The notes: generated by a model from the sequence alone, not told the origin. A stretch of DNA of 64,000 nt from an uncultured delta proteobacterium (GCA_963737905.1 CAVTUQ010000005.1:114742-178741), one strand, 5' to 3'; counted from the first letter of the stretch, positions 37,168 through 48,150 are shown. Made by a program: numbers and translations.

Positions 37168-39068
37168 ATGTTTTTATTCCTCTTCGTCTTTCTCTTTCCA
37201 TCTTTTTGCGGCGCGGAAATCTTCATGGAGCCGCGCATCGGCTTTCATGGTGTTTTCCAACTCGGCCGCCCCTTCCCCCTCGAGATCGAACTCAGCAACT
37301 CGGGCCGGCCAGCCGAAGGAACCCTAGAAATCGCAGTTTGGAAAGGGGGAGCAACGAAGGGCGGTGCTCCTTATCCTCTCTATTACCGGAGGGAACTTTT
37401 TCTCTCGCCCCAATCCCGGAAAACCGTGCAGCTGACTGTCGATCCCGATTTTATCAGCCGACCCCTGAAAATCATGTTTTCAAGCCCGGCCGGTACGGCA
37501 TCGCGCGAGATCGATCTGCGGCGTTACTTCTCACCCTCTCCGGTGATTTTGCTTGTGAGCGAAGGGAACACGATTCCGGCGGTTTCTCTCGGTTCTTCTT
37601 TGACGAATCGTCTGGTGGCCCTCACTTTGGCCGAGTTGCCGCCCGATCCGAGAGCATTGCTCGGCGTCTCGCATTTGATTCTCTACGACCAGTCGTTGCG
37701 CGATCTTTCTCGGTCGCAACTCCTTGCGCTTGACACCTGGCTGACGGCCGGCGGAAGAATGTTGATTCTCGGCAGCCTCAATTATTCTCTCTACCAGGAG
37801 CCGGCGATCAGCCGTTTGCTGCCGGTCCGTGTCACGGGAACCAAAAGAATTTCCTTTCATCCAACTTTCGGTGAGAGCGATCGAGCGTCACCCATCGCCG
37901 ATGTCTGGGCGCAGGCATCGACGGTTATCAGCGGAAAAGTGCTGGCGGATGCACAGGGTCTGCCGGTGCTTGTCGAAACGAGCCGAGGAAAAGGTAGGAT
38001 TACCTATTTGTCCGTCGATGTCGGGCGGCCGCCGCTTTCCCAATGGGACGGGCTGCCGCGATTTCTGCAACACCTTTTGACACCTGCCGGCGGTGACGAA
38101 CTCGCGCCGCGCACGAGGTGGGACGATGCGGTTTTCTCACAGCTCATTGTCAGCCCGTCGTTTATATCCACCTACCTTCCCACGGCTCTTTGTTTGTCGC
38201 CATACTCGGTTATCTAATCAGTATCGGTCTGTTCTCGTGGCTTTGGCAACGCCAGCGCTTTAACAGACGCGCCTTGGGGGCCACTTTCCTTTGCTTTCTC
38301 GTTCTTTCAACCGGCGGGGGCTATCTCTTATTCAGCCGCGGCGGTAATATCCCGGACGGCGTACTGCTTTCTTCCAATGTTATGGAAAGCAGCGGGGATG
38401 GTTATGTGGACGTCCAGTCGAACCTGGCCATGTTTTCTACCCAGATCCGCCGCTATGGCCTACAGATGGAACGGGGCTGGATGGAGTTCGTTCCCGTGGC
38501 CGCGCCTTCCCGGGATCGACCGGAACCGGCCGTGGTTTTCCAGGACGGCGACGGTTCGAGCCGCTTTCAGTTGCCGTTGCGCGAATGGGATTATAGACTT
38601 TTTCGTATCCGTTTTGTCGACCGTTTCCCGCTGCGTACCGAATTTGAGCAACAAGCGGGAAAATTGCGTATGCGATTGAATAACCAGAGCGCCAAAGAGC
38701 TCGTGGATTGCTGGTTGGTGGTGCCGGGTCAGCGCTATCCTATCGGCGATATCCCCCGGGGTGCGAGTTGGACCAAAGAGTTTCCTCTAGTCACGGACGA
38801 AGGCCAAGAACGAAGCGGTGGCCGCCGGTCTGATTCGGTAGACTTCCGTGATATTTCCTTCAAAGACAAAACGCGCGAGATCTTGTTCCACTCCTCGTTT
38901 TTTCCCCGGGACGAAGGCTCCGTCCGTTGGAGCACGGGGGCGGCCGTGTTCTTTGGCTGGGTGAAAAATCCGGACCGGCGCGTGTCGGTGGACGACCGGG
39001 GGATTCGTAACTACGACTATACATTGTTTCGCACGATTTTTCCTTTGGCCGGTCCGGAGGATGAATGA
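37168..39068 (+). CDS. Large exported/membrane protein with a GATase1-like domain, -1 frameshift near 38183
   Basis: ORF 37024..38217 (signal peptide, WLTAGGRMLILG) continues into ORF 38118..39068 (two TM helices) after adding one G. Confidence 0.6.
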
Positions 39069-39811
39069 AGGATAATCCAGTGCTCCGCGAGAGTCTCGAT
39101 ATCTTTTTCGGCGAGGGCCACGGGTTTGCCGTCTATTTTTACCTTTTGATTATTCTCGCGCCGGTGGAGTTCTTTTCGCTTTATTTGCCGTCCTTGGACG
39201 CCCAGATGTGGAGCGGCTCCGCGAATCTCTTTAAGGTTTGTGCCGTGACGGCATTGTTACTGACGGTCTATCTTGCTTTACGCGTCGCGAATCAGGAGTT
39301 TGCACCCTGGAGATTCAAACCGATTAAGCATTGGGTGCGCGAGAACGGGCTGGCGATCTCCGCCGTGGGTCAAGGCCAATTGGCGTTTCTTTCTTTGCAT
39401 GTGGCCCTTTCGATTCTTCTCTGCACCCCGCTTCTGATCTGGGCGGGGGCCATCGCCCGAACTCCCTTCCCACGGGTAGCCGGCACTTTTTTGCTGCTTT
39501 TATTTTATGCTCTTAGTTATGGCGTCTGGGGACTGGTAACCTTGGCTTTGTGGGAGCGGCGGGCCGAGAGCCGCCAGGTTTTTATCCGCTGCTTCTTTTT
39601 TTTCCTGGTTATCTTGTCGGCTCTGTTCTATTTACCCGTTAACCCCGTGGCCTTTCTGCTCGCCTATCTCAGCCGACAGGAGTTGCCGCCGCTCAGCCTT
39701 GGCGGATGGAAGGCACCCGCAACTGCCGTCCATTTTACATTTCACCTGCTAATTGGCAGCATCGGTTTAGCAGCCTACCGTTTGGCGCTGAGGAAGGATT
39801 TAACCGTTTGA
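39065..39811 (+). CDS. Polytopic membrane protein (ABC-2 permease-like)
   Basis: NPVLRE start, ~6 TM helices, late NP motif. Confidence 0.65.
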   Translation: MKDNPVLRESLDIFFGEGHGFAVYFYLLIILAPVEFFSLYLPSLDAQMWSGSANLFKVCAVTALLLTVYLALRVANQEFAPWRFKPIKHWVRENGLAISAVGQGQLAFLSLHVALSILLCTPLLIWAGAIARTPFPRVAGTFLLLLFYALSYGVWGLVTLALWERRAESRQVFIRCFFFFLVILSALFYLPVNPVAFLLAYLSRQELPPLSLGGWKAPATAVHFTFHLLIGSIGLAAYRLALRKDLTV

Positions 39812-41235
39812 GTTCCGAACCAGAAACCCTCCGTAAAAAACTCACCGAGGTGCTGAGCTGGGAACGGAGAAAACGGCGCGAGCAGATTCTCGCCACGATT
39901 TTCTGTTATGCGCTGCTAGCCGCGCTGTTCACGCTCCCGTTTCATGGTTTGTTGCAGACGCTGATCAGCCGCTGGTTCATTCCGATTTCATTTTTCGGGT
40001 TGATGGCTCCGTTTTTCCTTGTCAGAGGGCGTTGGCGGGTGTCAGATTCCGCGCGCGCGCTGGCGCGTGTTGACAAGACTCTCTGCCTGGATGAGCGCGC
40101 TCTCACCGCGTGGGAGGTATTGGAGCGCAACGAGACGCGAGCGGCGGCGCTCTTGGTTTTAAAGCAGGCGGGGGAGAAGCTCTCGAACCTCGATCCTGGG
40201 ACGCTGTTTCGAAGAAGTTGGAGCTGGCAGGCCTATTGCGCTCTGCCGCTTCTTTTCCTCTGGCTTGGAGTCCTATGGTTCGACATCAGTCTTCGATTCG
40301 ATAGCGATTTGCAGCTTTCAGGTCCGAAGAGCGTGGCGCAGAAGCTGCGAGAGTTTTCTCGAGAACTCCAGGAGAAGGCGAAGAGCGAGGGGTTGGAGGA
40401 AAGCCTTCGCATGGGTCGAGAGTTGGAGCAGGTGGCTCAGAAAGGTATCGAAGCAAAAACAGGCGACGAAAAGTTCCAAGCCGAGCTGGGCGGAATGCAA
40501 AAGAAGATCGCAACGATGGGAAAATCGGCGGCCGAACAACAGCCCTTGTCAGTTACCGAGAGCCAGCAAGATCTTAGGGATCTCAAAGCTGAATTGGAAG
40601 CGGCGCGGGATCTCCTGAATCTTGCCGATGCGTCCAAGGGGAACCAGGAGTTGGGCAAACAGTGGCTTGATCGGTTGGCGACCTTGCCCCAGCTCAGGAA
40701 ACAATTCGAAGAAGCTCAAGCGGGACAGAATCTGGATAGCAACGATCTGAAGTCTTTCCTCGACAGATTGGAAAAGCAGGCCACCGGAGAACTGGACCGG
40801 CGGACCTTGTTAGATGCCCAGCAGTTTCTCGAGCAACTGATGAAGCAAGGCCAAGGGGAGAAGGGTGATAGCGATGTACAGATGGCCGGTCAAGGAGAGC
40901 GAGATTCAGCCGACGACGGTGAAAAGATGAACAACAGGAGTCTTTTGCCGGGGAAGGAACCGGGCAAAAAAGAAGCGGGATCTCAATCTCTCCCGGAATT
41001 ACAGCCAGGAGCGGCGGCCCACGTGAAGGGTTTGCTCGGTGAGGGTAAGAGTAGCGGCCTGGTATTGAAGGCAAAACCGTCCGCCGGCAAGACCGAAGTG
41101 TCGCAGGACGAAGTTATAGCCTCCTATCGCCGGCAGGCGGAGGCAGAGCTCAACACGGAGCGGGTTCCTGAGGCCTTGAAAGAGACGATTAAGAATTATT
41201 TTCTTTCTCTCGGTTTGGGTGAGGGGAACAAGTAA
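39808..41235 (+). CDS. Membrane-anchored coiled-coil protein
   Basis: TTG overlapping the upstream TGA; TM hairpin, LDERALTAWE, Q/E/K-rich coil, VP..LKETIKNYF end. Confidence 0.7.
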   Translation: MSSEPETLRKKLTEVLSWERRKRREQILATIFCYALLAALFTLPFHGLLQTLISRWFIPISFFGLMAPFFLVRGRWRVSDSARALARVDKTLCLDERALTAWEVLERNETRAAALLVLKQAGEKLSNLDPGTLFRRSWSWQAYCALPLLFLWLGVLWFDISLRFDSDLQLSGPKSVAQKLREFSRELQEKAKSEGLEESLRMGRELEQVAQKGIEAKTGDEKFQAELGGMQKKIATMGKSAAEQQPLSVTESQQDLRDLKAELEAARDLLNLADASKGNQELGKQWLDRLATLPQLRKQFEEAQAGQNLDSNDLKSFLDRLEKQATGELDRRTLLDAQQFLEQLMKQGQGEKGDSDVQMAGQGERDSADDGEKMNNRSLLPGKEPGKKEAGSQSLPELQPGAAAHVKGLLGEGKSSGLVLKAKPSAGKTEVSQDEVIASYRRQAEAELNTERVPEALKETIKNYFLSLGLGEGNK

Positions 41236-41270
41236 GATAACACCGGACCCCTAAAGGAGAATTGTACTTC

Positions 41271-42278
41271 ATGGAAGCGGTGGCAGAAATCGAAGAGCGA
41301 ATGCAGCGCGCGCGTCGTTCTTTCGATGATCTAAAGGCGGAGATGGCGCGCATGATCGTCGGTCACGAGGAGCTCATCGAACAGGTTTTCATCGCGCTTG
41401 TTTGCGGCGGTCACTGCCTGCTGGAGGGGGTGCCGGGATTGGGAAAAACGCTCATGGTGCGTAGCCTCGGTGAGCTCCTAAATCTTAGTTTCTCGCGCAT
41501 CCAGTTTACACCCGATCTGATGCCGGCGGATATCACGGGCACCAACGTGCTTACCGACGATCCGTCCGGGAGAAAGATCTTCGAGTTTCAGCGGGGTCCC
41601 GTGTTTGCCCATATCGTGCTGGCCGACGAGATCAATCGGGCGACGCCGAAGACTCAATCCGCCCTGTTGGAAGCCATGCAGGAGCAGAGTGTAACCGTTA
41701 GCGGGAAAGCACACCGTCTGGAGAATCCGTTTATGGTGCTGGCCACACAGAACCCCATCGAGATGGAAGGAACCTATCCGCTTCCCGAAGCCCAGGTGGA
41801 TCGCTTCTTCTTCAAACTTTTACTCCAATATCCGACTCGCGATGAATTGGCTCGCATTGCCGATTTCACAACGGCGGGACCCCCGGCGGCGCTGCGCGAA
41901 GTCCTGGACGGAGCGGACATTCTGCAGATGAGACAGTGGGTGCGCGATGTGCCTCTCGCCGACATCGTAAAAGACTATGCGGTTCGGCTGGTGATGGGCA
42001 CGCATCCCCAGCGAGAGCAAGGTAACGAGGCTTCCCCGTTGGCGCAGAAGTTTGTGCTCTACGGCTCCAGTCCGAGAGGACTGCAAAGCCTGATTCTTGC
42101 GGCCAAAGCTCGCGCGCTTGTCGCGGGGCGGCCGAATGTTTCGTTCGAAGACATTCGGCTAATGTTGCCGCCGAGCTTGCGCCATCGGCTGATTCTCAAT
42201 CTCGAGGCCGATGCCGAAGGGATCGGCGCGGAGAAGATTCTTAGCGAAGTCGTGGAACGGGTTCCCGAGGTTTCATAG
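41271..42278 (+). CDS. moxR: MoxR-family AAA+ ATPase
   Basis: EGVPGLGKT, RIQFTPDLMPADITG, DEINRATPKTQSALLEAMQE, ATQNPIEMEGTYPLPEAQ. Confidence 0.95.
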   Translation: MEAVAEIEERMQRARRSFDDLKAEMARMIVGHEELIEQVFIALVCGGHCLLEGVPGLGKTLMVRSLGELLNLSFSRIQFTPDLMPADITGTNVLTDDPSGRKIFEFQRGPVFAHIVLADEINRATPKTQSALLEAMQEQSVTVSGKAHRLENPFMVLATQNPIEMEGTYPLPEAQVDRFFFKLLLQYPTRDELARIADFTTAGPPAALREVLDGADILQMRQWVRDVPLADIVKDYAVRLVMGTHPQREQGNEASPLAQKFVLYGSSPRGLQSLILAAKARALVAGRPNVSFEDIRLMLPPSLRHRLILNLEADAEGIGAEKILSEVVERVPEVS

Positions 42279-42282
42279 GACG

Positions 42283-42447
42283 GAGTTTTATGAGTTTCGA
42301 GTTTCGGGTACGCGGTCTTTTATCCGAGCGTTGGAGAAAGATGCTTCGCTTCGGTCTGGATGACAAAAGTACCCAGAATAACCAGACGACGGACGCTCAA
42401 CAATTGAGTACGGCCGCACCCGAAACCCGAAACTCGAAGCCCGAAAC
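42283..42447. repeat. Inverted heptamer arrays (GAGTTTC / CCGAAAC) overlapping the 5' end of the DUF58 gene
   Basis: GAGTTTCGAGTTTCGGGT (42292) pairs with ACCCGAAACCCGAAACTC (42418); REP-like AGATGCTTCGCTTCGGTCTGGATGACA lies between. Confidence 0.75.
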
Positions 42448-43318
42448 TTTCTTTGACCCAGAGTTTTTGAAAAAGCTCGAGCGACTGCGGCTGATCGCCA
42501 AGCGGTTAAGCTGGGCCAACGCCAAAGGCGAGCATCCGTCATCCAGAAGAGGCTTCAGCCTCGAGTTCTCCGACTACCGGAGATACCAGCAGGGCGATGA
42601 CCTGCGCTACGTCGACTGGAATATTTACCGGCGGCTCGATCGGCTGCTGCTGAAAGTTTTTACCGCCGACGAGGAGATGAACGTTTACCTGTTGGTTGAT
42701 ACAAGCCGGTCCATGGCCGAAGGGGCGCCGCCAAAGATTGACTATGCCAAAAAAGTTGCCGCGGCGTTGGGCTACATCGGCCTCAAGAATCTGGACCGGG
42801 TGGGCGGCGCTTCGTTTTCATCCGCCTTGCAAGCTCCTCTTGCCTTGGGGAGGGGACGCAAACAGGTACTCAGTCTGTTTAGCTTTCTCAGCAAGCTGTC
42901 CTGCCACGGCGAGACTAACCTCAAATCGGCGGCTCATTCGTTCACCAATCTCTTCCCCCATCCCGGATTGGTCGTCATCGTCAGCGATTTGTTCGACCCC
43001 GTTGGCTGGCGCGCCGCCCTCGAGGAGCTCGCGATAAAAAAATATCAGCTCCTGGTGGTTCATATCTTGGACGATCAAGAGATCAATCCGAAGCCCTGGG
43101 GCGATGTGGCGCTGAACGATGTGGAAAGCAGACGGGAACGCCGATTGTTTTTGGACGCGGATCTGGTTCGTCGCTTCCAGCACGAAATGACGGACTATTT
43201 CAAGGAGATTGAAACGGTCTGTTCCGGTCGTCGGATCGACTACCTGCGCACGACGACTCAAATCCCCTTTGACGAGTTTGTGCTAAAGACGCTACGGCAA
43301 GTGAGCAGCGTGACGTAA
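42290..43318 (+). CDS. DUF58 protein (start uncertain: 42290, 42341 or 42404)
   Basis: GFSLEFSDYRRYQQGDDLRYVDWN; LVDTSRSM; IVSDLFD. Confidence 0.9.
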   Translation: MSFEFRVRGLLSERWRKMLRFGLDDKSTQNNQTTDAQQLSTAAPETRNSKPETFFDPEFLKKLERLRLIAKRLSWANAKGEHPSSRRGFSLEFSDYRRYQQGDDLRYVDWNIYRRLDRLLLKVFTADEEMNVYLLVDTSRSMAEGAPPKIDYAKKVAAALGYIGLKNLDRVGGASFSSALQAPLALGRGRKQVLSLFSFLSKLSCHGETNLKSAAHSFTNLFPHPGLVVIVSDLFDPVGWRAALEELAIKKYQLLVVHILDDQEINPKPWGDVALNDVESRRERRLFLDADLVRRFQHEMTDYFKEIETVCSGRRIDYLRTTTQIPFDEFVLKTLRQVSSVT

Positions 43319-43321
43319 CCT

Positions 43322-46300
43322 ATGGTCTGGGGTGTTCCATACGCACTCTTATTTGCATTCGGGGCGATCCCTCTCATTCTGTTTCTCCATAGCCTCAAGC
43401 CCAAGGGATTCAAAGTAAGTACCACGGCGCTCTTTTTGTGGGAGCGGGTGCTGAAGCAGCGGCCGCTGGCGACCCGGCTCGGCTGGCTCTTCAGAAAGAA
43501 TCTGCTGCTGATTCTGCAAATTCTAGCAGCCTGCCTTCTCATTGCAGCGCTGGCGGACCCGTCGCTGCTTCATTTCGGCGCGACCTCAGGCGACATGGTG
43601 GTGGTGGTCGACCTGAGCGCCAGCATGAAGGCGAGGGGTCCGTCGGGAACCCGTTTCGAGGCGGCACGAAAAGAGTTTCTGTCATTGGTTGATGAATTGT
43701 CGTCGGGTCAGAAGATGATGCTCATCGGCGCCGGCGCCCAGACGCGTCTCATCGTTCCTTTCACCGCTGACAAGCAAAGGCTCCGTGAGGCCGGACGAAA
43801 TATGGTCGCGACGGACGTGTCCGGGCGGATGAAAGACGCCATTCTTTTTGCCCATGCGTTTCTAAAACGGGGAAGCCCGGACCATGTGGTCGTGATCAGC
43901 GACGGGGCTTTCGCGGGGGCTGAAGATTTCGCCCGCCAAGCCGCGCAGCTGCGGTTCATCAAGGTCGACGGCGGACGCGACAACGTGGGCATCGTCGGCT
44001 TCGAGGTGCGGCGGTATCCCGATCGTCCATCCCAATACGAAGTCATGGTCCACGTGAGAAATTTCACCGCCACTGCGGTTCGCGTGCCCTTGACCGTGAC
44101 CTTAGGAGAGACGACGCTCGTGCGCGAGTCCATCGATATCGAAGCCGACGGTCGGCGGGTTTTGATCTATCCGTTTAAGGGAACTGTGGTGGGAATCCTG
44201 GCCGCGCGTCTGGAAATCGACGATGATTTTGCGACAGACAATCGAGCCTACTTGGCCGTGAGCGATGCGCCGCCCGTGCGTCTTCTTTACATCGGTCCGG
44301 GCAACCCGTTTCTGAGCAATCTCTTGCGTTTTTTTCCCAATGTTGAAGTGACCGCCGCGCAGCCGGGCGAGCCTGATGCCTCGCACTTCGAGAACCAGTA
44401 TGATCTGGTGATCTTCGATCGCGTCCCGGTACCTCCGCTGGTCCAGGGCAATTTCATTCTCATCAACACCGTCGCGCCGAATTTACCCTTGCAGGTCCAA
44501 GGGAAGAGTCGAAATCCTCGGATCGTCGGCCCTATGACCCAGCACCCGATCACCGATGGATTGAGTCTCGCGGATCTTCAAGTACGGGAATCCTTGCGGG
44601 TAGCGGTGACGGGGGACGGCGTCGTTTTGGCTCGCTCGCCGGAGAGTCCAATGCTTTTTGCCCTCGAGCGGGGCAAGCTGCGCTTGCTGTTCATCGCTTT
44701 TGACCTCATGGCTTCGGACCTGCCGCTCAGAGTCGCTTTTCCTATTTTGTTTCACAATACCATCGAGTGGCTCCAACCTCAGCGAGTCGAATTCCCAGCC
44801 CATAACGTTTTGGCGGGAAACCCATTCGCGCTGCGTTTGCCGGTGGGGGATGGTGATTTGGAGATCACGACCCCTGCGGGGAAAAAAGAGCAACTAAAGG
44901 TCGTTACCAATCCCCTGGTTTTTGCCGATACTGTGGAAGCGGGTCTCTACACCTACCGGAGCGCAAGCAGAGAGGGGCGCTTCGCGGTCAATCTCTTTGA
45001 TGAGGGTGAATCGCAGATAACTTCGCGCTTGAATATGAGTGCGGCCAATGCCGGCGGAAAGAGTCAGGAAAGCCCCGGAGCGGCGGCCGCCGGATTTTCT
45101 CTCTGGCCCCTGCTGCTGGTCGGCGTACTTGCGGTACTCGCTCTGGAGCTTTTCCTGGCTTTTCGTTCGGGAGTTTCACTCTATCCTATTGTCGCTCGGG
45201 GGGTGGCGCTGGCGGCGCTTGTTCTGGCGCTGGTGAACCCGAGGATTTTCAAAACGACCAACGCTTTGGACGTCGTGCTGGGGGTCGACCTTTCGCGCAG
45301 CGTCGGACAAGAAGGGCGAGAGAAAGCGCGCGAGGTTCTTGAAGCGGCGAGCCGTATCCGAGAGCCGGAAACGCGGACGGGGCTCTTGATGTTTGGCCGC
45401 TCGCCGGAATGGGAATTTCTTCCGCGCCAGGACTTTCCCGTGGCGGATTTCGCCTCGCGCCTGGACCGCGAAGAGACCGATATCCAGGCGGCGTTGCAAG
45501 CCGCGCTTGCGCAATTGGGCGACGATCGTCAGGGTAAAATTCTTTTGCTCTCCGACGGCAACGAAAATCGCGGCGAAACCGCGCGTGTCATTCCTCTGCT
45601 GCGGTCGCAAGGAGCTCAGGTCTGGACGCTTCCCGTGAGTTTGTCCCGCGGTAGAAACGAAGTCTATCTGAGCGATCTCACCCTGCCCCGACGTGTGGAC
45701 AGTGCTGAGGGATTCGAAATCAAAGGCAAGATCGAGAGCCTTCGTGATGCGCCCGCTCGAGTCAAGCTACTGCGCGACGGCGTCTTGGCGAGAGAGCAAG
45801 AGATTCAGTTGAAGAGCGGAGCCAACCAGGTGAATTTCAGGGAGAGCCTAAAGGAGCGCGGCAGCCATACATACGAACTTCTGGTCGAGGCTCAGGATGA
45901 TACGCTCGCCGAAAACAATCTGTTGCAGGGGGTTGTCGAGGTCCAGGGGCCGCCCCGGGTTCTGCTACTTTCGGGGCAAAAAGAAGGTCAGCGCGTTCTC
46001 TCGCGGGTGTTGCAAGTTCAGGGCTATGCCGTTGTGGAATCTCAGCCGGAGGCAAACCCGCTCACGCTCCCGGAACTTTCGTCCTTTGACTTGTTGGTCC
46101 TCGATAATGTCCCTGCTTTTCAGCTCTCCTACGCCAAGATGGAAAACATTGAAAAGTATGTCCGGGATCTCGGCGGCGGGATGCTTGTCATCGGCGGTTC
46201 CCAGAGCTACGGAGCGGGAGGTTATTACCGTACCCCGCTGGAACGTATCCTCCCCGTAGACATGCGACCGCCCGCGCGACTCGACCTGCCGCATGTCGCG

Positions 46301-47659
46301 CTGCTATTCGTTCTCGATAAATCAGGCAGCATGGGTGCGGGGCCGGAAGGAAGCACCAAGCTGGACTTGGCCAAGGCGGCGGCTATCGCGGCGGCGGACG
46401 TCATGAACCCCACGGATCAAGTCGGGATTCTGAGCTTCGACGCGGCGTGGGACTGGACTTTGCCTTTTCGACCCGTAGGCAAAGGCGAGTGGATCTCCGA
46501 AGGGCTTGCATCGCTGCAATCTGACGGCGGCACGGATCTCTTCAAAGCGATGAGCGAAGCTTATCGCGGGATCGCGACGAAGCAAGCGGCAATCAAGCAC
46601 GTGATCGTGCTCTCGGACGGACTCACCGACAAGGCGGATTTTCGCGGGCTGGTCCAGCGCATGGCGCGCGACGGGGTTACCGTCTCGACGGTTTCGGTGG
46701 GCAACGATGCCGATGTCCAACTGATGGCCGATATCGCCAAGGATGGAAAAGGAAGAGGCTATGTGGCTCTGGATCCACGTACGATTCCGCAAATTTTTAC
46801 CACTGAAACACTGCTCATCTCTCGCGATCTTTTGGTGGAAAAGTTGGTTACGCCCAGCGTCGTAGCCTCGGTGGGCCCGCTTAAAGGAATCGCTCAAGGC
46901 ACTCTACCATCGCTGCGCGGCTATGTTCTCACGTACCCCAAGCCGCGTGCCGAACTTCTGATGAAGGCGGACACCGATCCCCTGCTGGTCTCCTGGCGTT
47001 ACGGGCTGGGGCGGGTCATGGCCTTTACTTCGGACCTGAGCGGCCGCTGGGGGAAAGAGTGGGTAGCCTGGCAGGGTTTTCCGCAGTGGGCCAGTCAACT
47101 GGCGCGGGATACGCTGCGCAAAATTTTAGAAACGAGAAACCGGACGGAATTCCAGCCGGAAGGGGAATCCGTCAAGGTCGTGGCAGATTTCGTTTCCAGG
47201 GATGGCAACTTTCTGAATCACCTGAAGCTCAAGGGTAATATCACCGCGCCGAATCAAACCACTCAGGACTATACCTTTCAGCAGACCGCGCCGGGCCGCT
47301 ACGAAGGAAAGTTCACTCCGACACAGAGAGGGATTCATTTCTTAACATTATACGCCGAGGGGAAGGCGGGTGAAGCGCCCCTACCGGTGACGACGATTCC
47401 TTACGTGGCGCCGTATCCCAAAGAATACCGGGAGCTGAAGCCGAACATGGCGCTCCTCAGCCGTCTGGCGGAAGAGACCGGCGGCGAAATGCTCGATCCC
47501 GACAAGATCGAAGAGGGTATAAAGCGGCTTTACTCGCCGACGCCGGGAAAAGGGCGGCGCGGACAGGAAACCTGGTGGCCGCTCGCGGGTTTCGGATTGT
47601 TCTTGTTCCTCGGTGACCTGGTGCTGAGGAGTTGGCCGCGCAAGACCGCCGTACAATGA
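43322..47659 (+). CDS. BatA-N plus three VWA domains plus GATase1-like fusion protein
   Basis: N-terminal BatA-like IPLILFLH..STTALFLW; MIDAS-like DLSAS, DLSRS, DKSGS with SDG motifs; SYGAGGY; C-terminal TM. Confidence 0.85.
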   Translation: MVWGVPYALLFAFGAIPLILFLHSLKPKGFKVSTTALFLWERVLKQRPLATRLGWLFRKNLLLILQILAACLLIAALADPSLLHFGATSGDMVVVVDLSASMKARGPSGTRFEAARKEFLSLVDELSSGQKMMLIGAGAQTRLIVPFTADKQRLREAGRNMVATDVSGRMKDAILFAHAFLKRGSPDHVVVISDGAFAGAEDFARQAAQLRFIKVDGGRDNVGIVGFEVRRYPDRPSQYEVMVHVRNFTATAVRVPLTVTLGETTLVRESIDIEADGRRVLIYPFKGTVVGILAARLEIDDDFATDNRAYLAVSDAPPVRLLYIGPGNPFLSNLLRFFPNVEVTAAQPGEPDASHFENQYDLVIFDRVPVPPLVQGNFILINTVAPNLPLQVQGKSRNPRIVGPMTQHPITDGLSLADLQVRESLRVAVTGDGVVLARSPESPMLFALERGKLRLLFIAFDLMASDLPLRVAFPILFHNTIEWLQPQRVEFPAHNVLAGNPFALRLPVGDGDLEITTPAGKKEQLKVVTNPLVFADTVEAGLYTYRSASREGRFAVNLFDEGESQITSRLNMSAANAGGKSQESPGAAAAGFSLWPLLLVGVLAVLALELFLAFRSGVSLYPIVARGVALAALVLALVNPRIFKTTNALDVVLGVDLSRSVGQEGREKAREVLEAASRIREPETRTGLLMFGRSPEWEFLPRQDFPVADFASRLDREETDIQAALQAALAQLGDDRQGKILLLSDGNENRGETARVIPLLRSQGAQVWTLPVSLSRGRNEVYLSDLTLPRRVDSAEGFEIKGKIESLRDAPARVKLLRDGVLAREQEIQLKSGANQVNFRESLKERGSHTYELLVEAQDDTLAENNLLQGVVEVQGPPRVLLLSGQKEGQRVLSRVLQVQGYAVVESQPEANPLTLPELSSFDLLVLDNVPAFQLSYAKMENIEKYVRDLGGGMLVIGGSQSYGAGGYYRTPLERILPVDMRPPARLDLPHVALLFVLDKSGSMGAGPEGSTKLDLAKAAAIAAADVMNPTDQVGILSFDAAWDWTLPFRPVGKGEWISEGLASLQSDGGTDLFKAMSEAYRGIATKQAAIKHVIVLSDGLTDKADFRGLVQRMARDGVTVSTVSVGNDADVQLMADIAKDGKGRGYVALDPRTIPQIFTTETLLISRDLLVEKLVTPSVVASVGPLKGIAQGTLPSLRGYVLTYPKPRAELLMKADTDPLLVSWRYGLGRVMAFTSDLSGRWGKEWVAWQGFPQWASQLARDTLRKILETRNRTEFQPEGESVKVVADFVSRDGNFLNHLKLKGNITAPNQTTQDYTFQQTAPGRYEGKFTPTQRGIHFLTLYAEGKAGEAPLPVTTIPYVAPYPKEYRELKPNMALLSRLAEETGGEMLDPDKIEEGIKRLYSPTPGKGRRGQETWWPLAGFGLFLFLGDLVLRSWPRKTAVQ

Positions 47660-47663
47660 ACGG

Positions 47664-47885
47664 TTGCTCCAACTTGTCGCCGTGAGTGGAATCGTACCGA
47701 TAACTTGTGCCATTTGCGGTGCTCAATTCCATGAATTGGGTGGTGCGGTGTGCAAGCAGTGTAGGAGAATCCTCTGCCGGAAACATTTCTTTAGGGGATT
47801 TTTTAAGGGACGAGGGACACTTTGTTCGGAGTGTGTCAAAAAAAACCCTTTGGCGAATCCAAGCCTTAAGGAGTCCTCTGAATGA
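47664..47885 (+). CDS. Small zinc-finger protein
   Basis: CAIC-x10-CKQC-x4-CRKH-x12-CSEC. Confidence 0.55.
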   Translation: MLQLVAVSGIVPITCAICGAQFHELGGAVCKQCRRILCRKHFFRGFFKGRGTLCSECVKKNPLANPSLKESSE

Positions 47886-48150
47886 TTTTTGTTTTCGGGC
47901 CGTGACCGCGACAAATGATCTGCGAGGCTGATGGATGCCTATTGTCATTAAACTTTGTCGGGCGATCTGACGACGAGCAATATTGGCAGCGTCCGCCAAT
48001 GGGCTTGAAACGTAGAGGCCTGGCTTCTGTTCATGCACTAGGCAGAGGCTGATTATCGCTTAGGCAATGTTCTCGGTAGGATATTCGGTGAGTAAGAATA
48101 TTCCGCACTCCCGGCGGATGAAAAGCTGAAAAAGCGATAAATTTCGTAAA

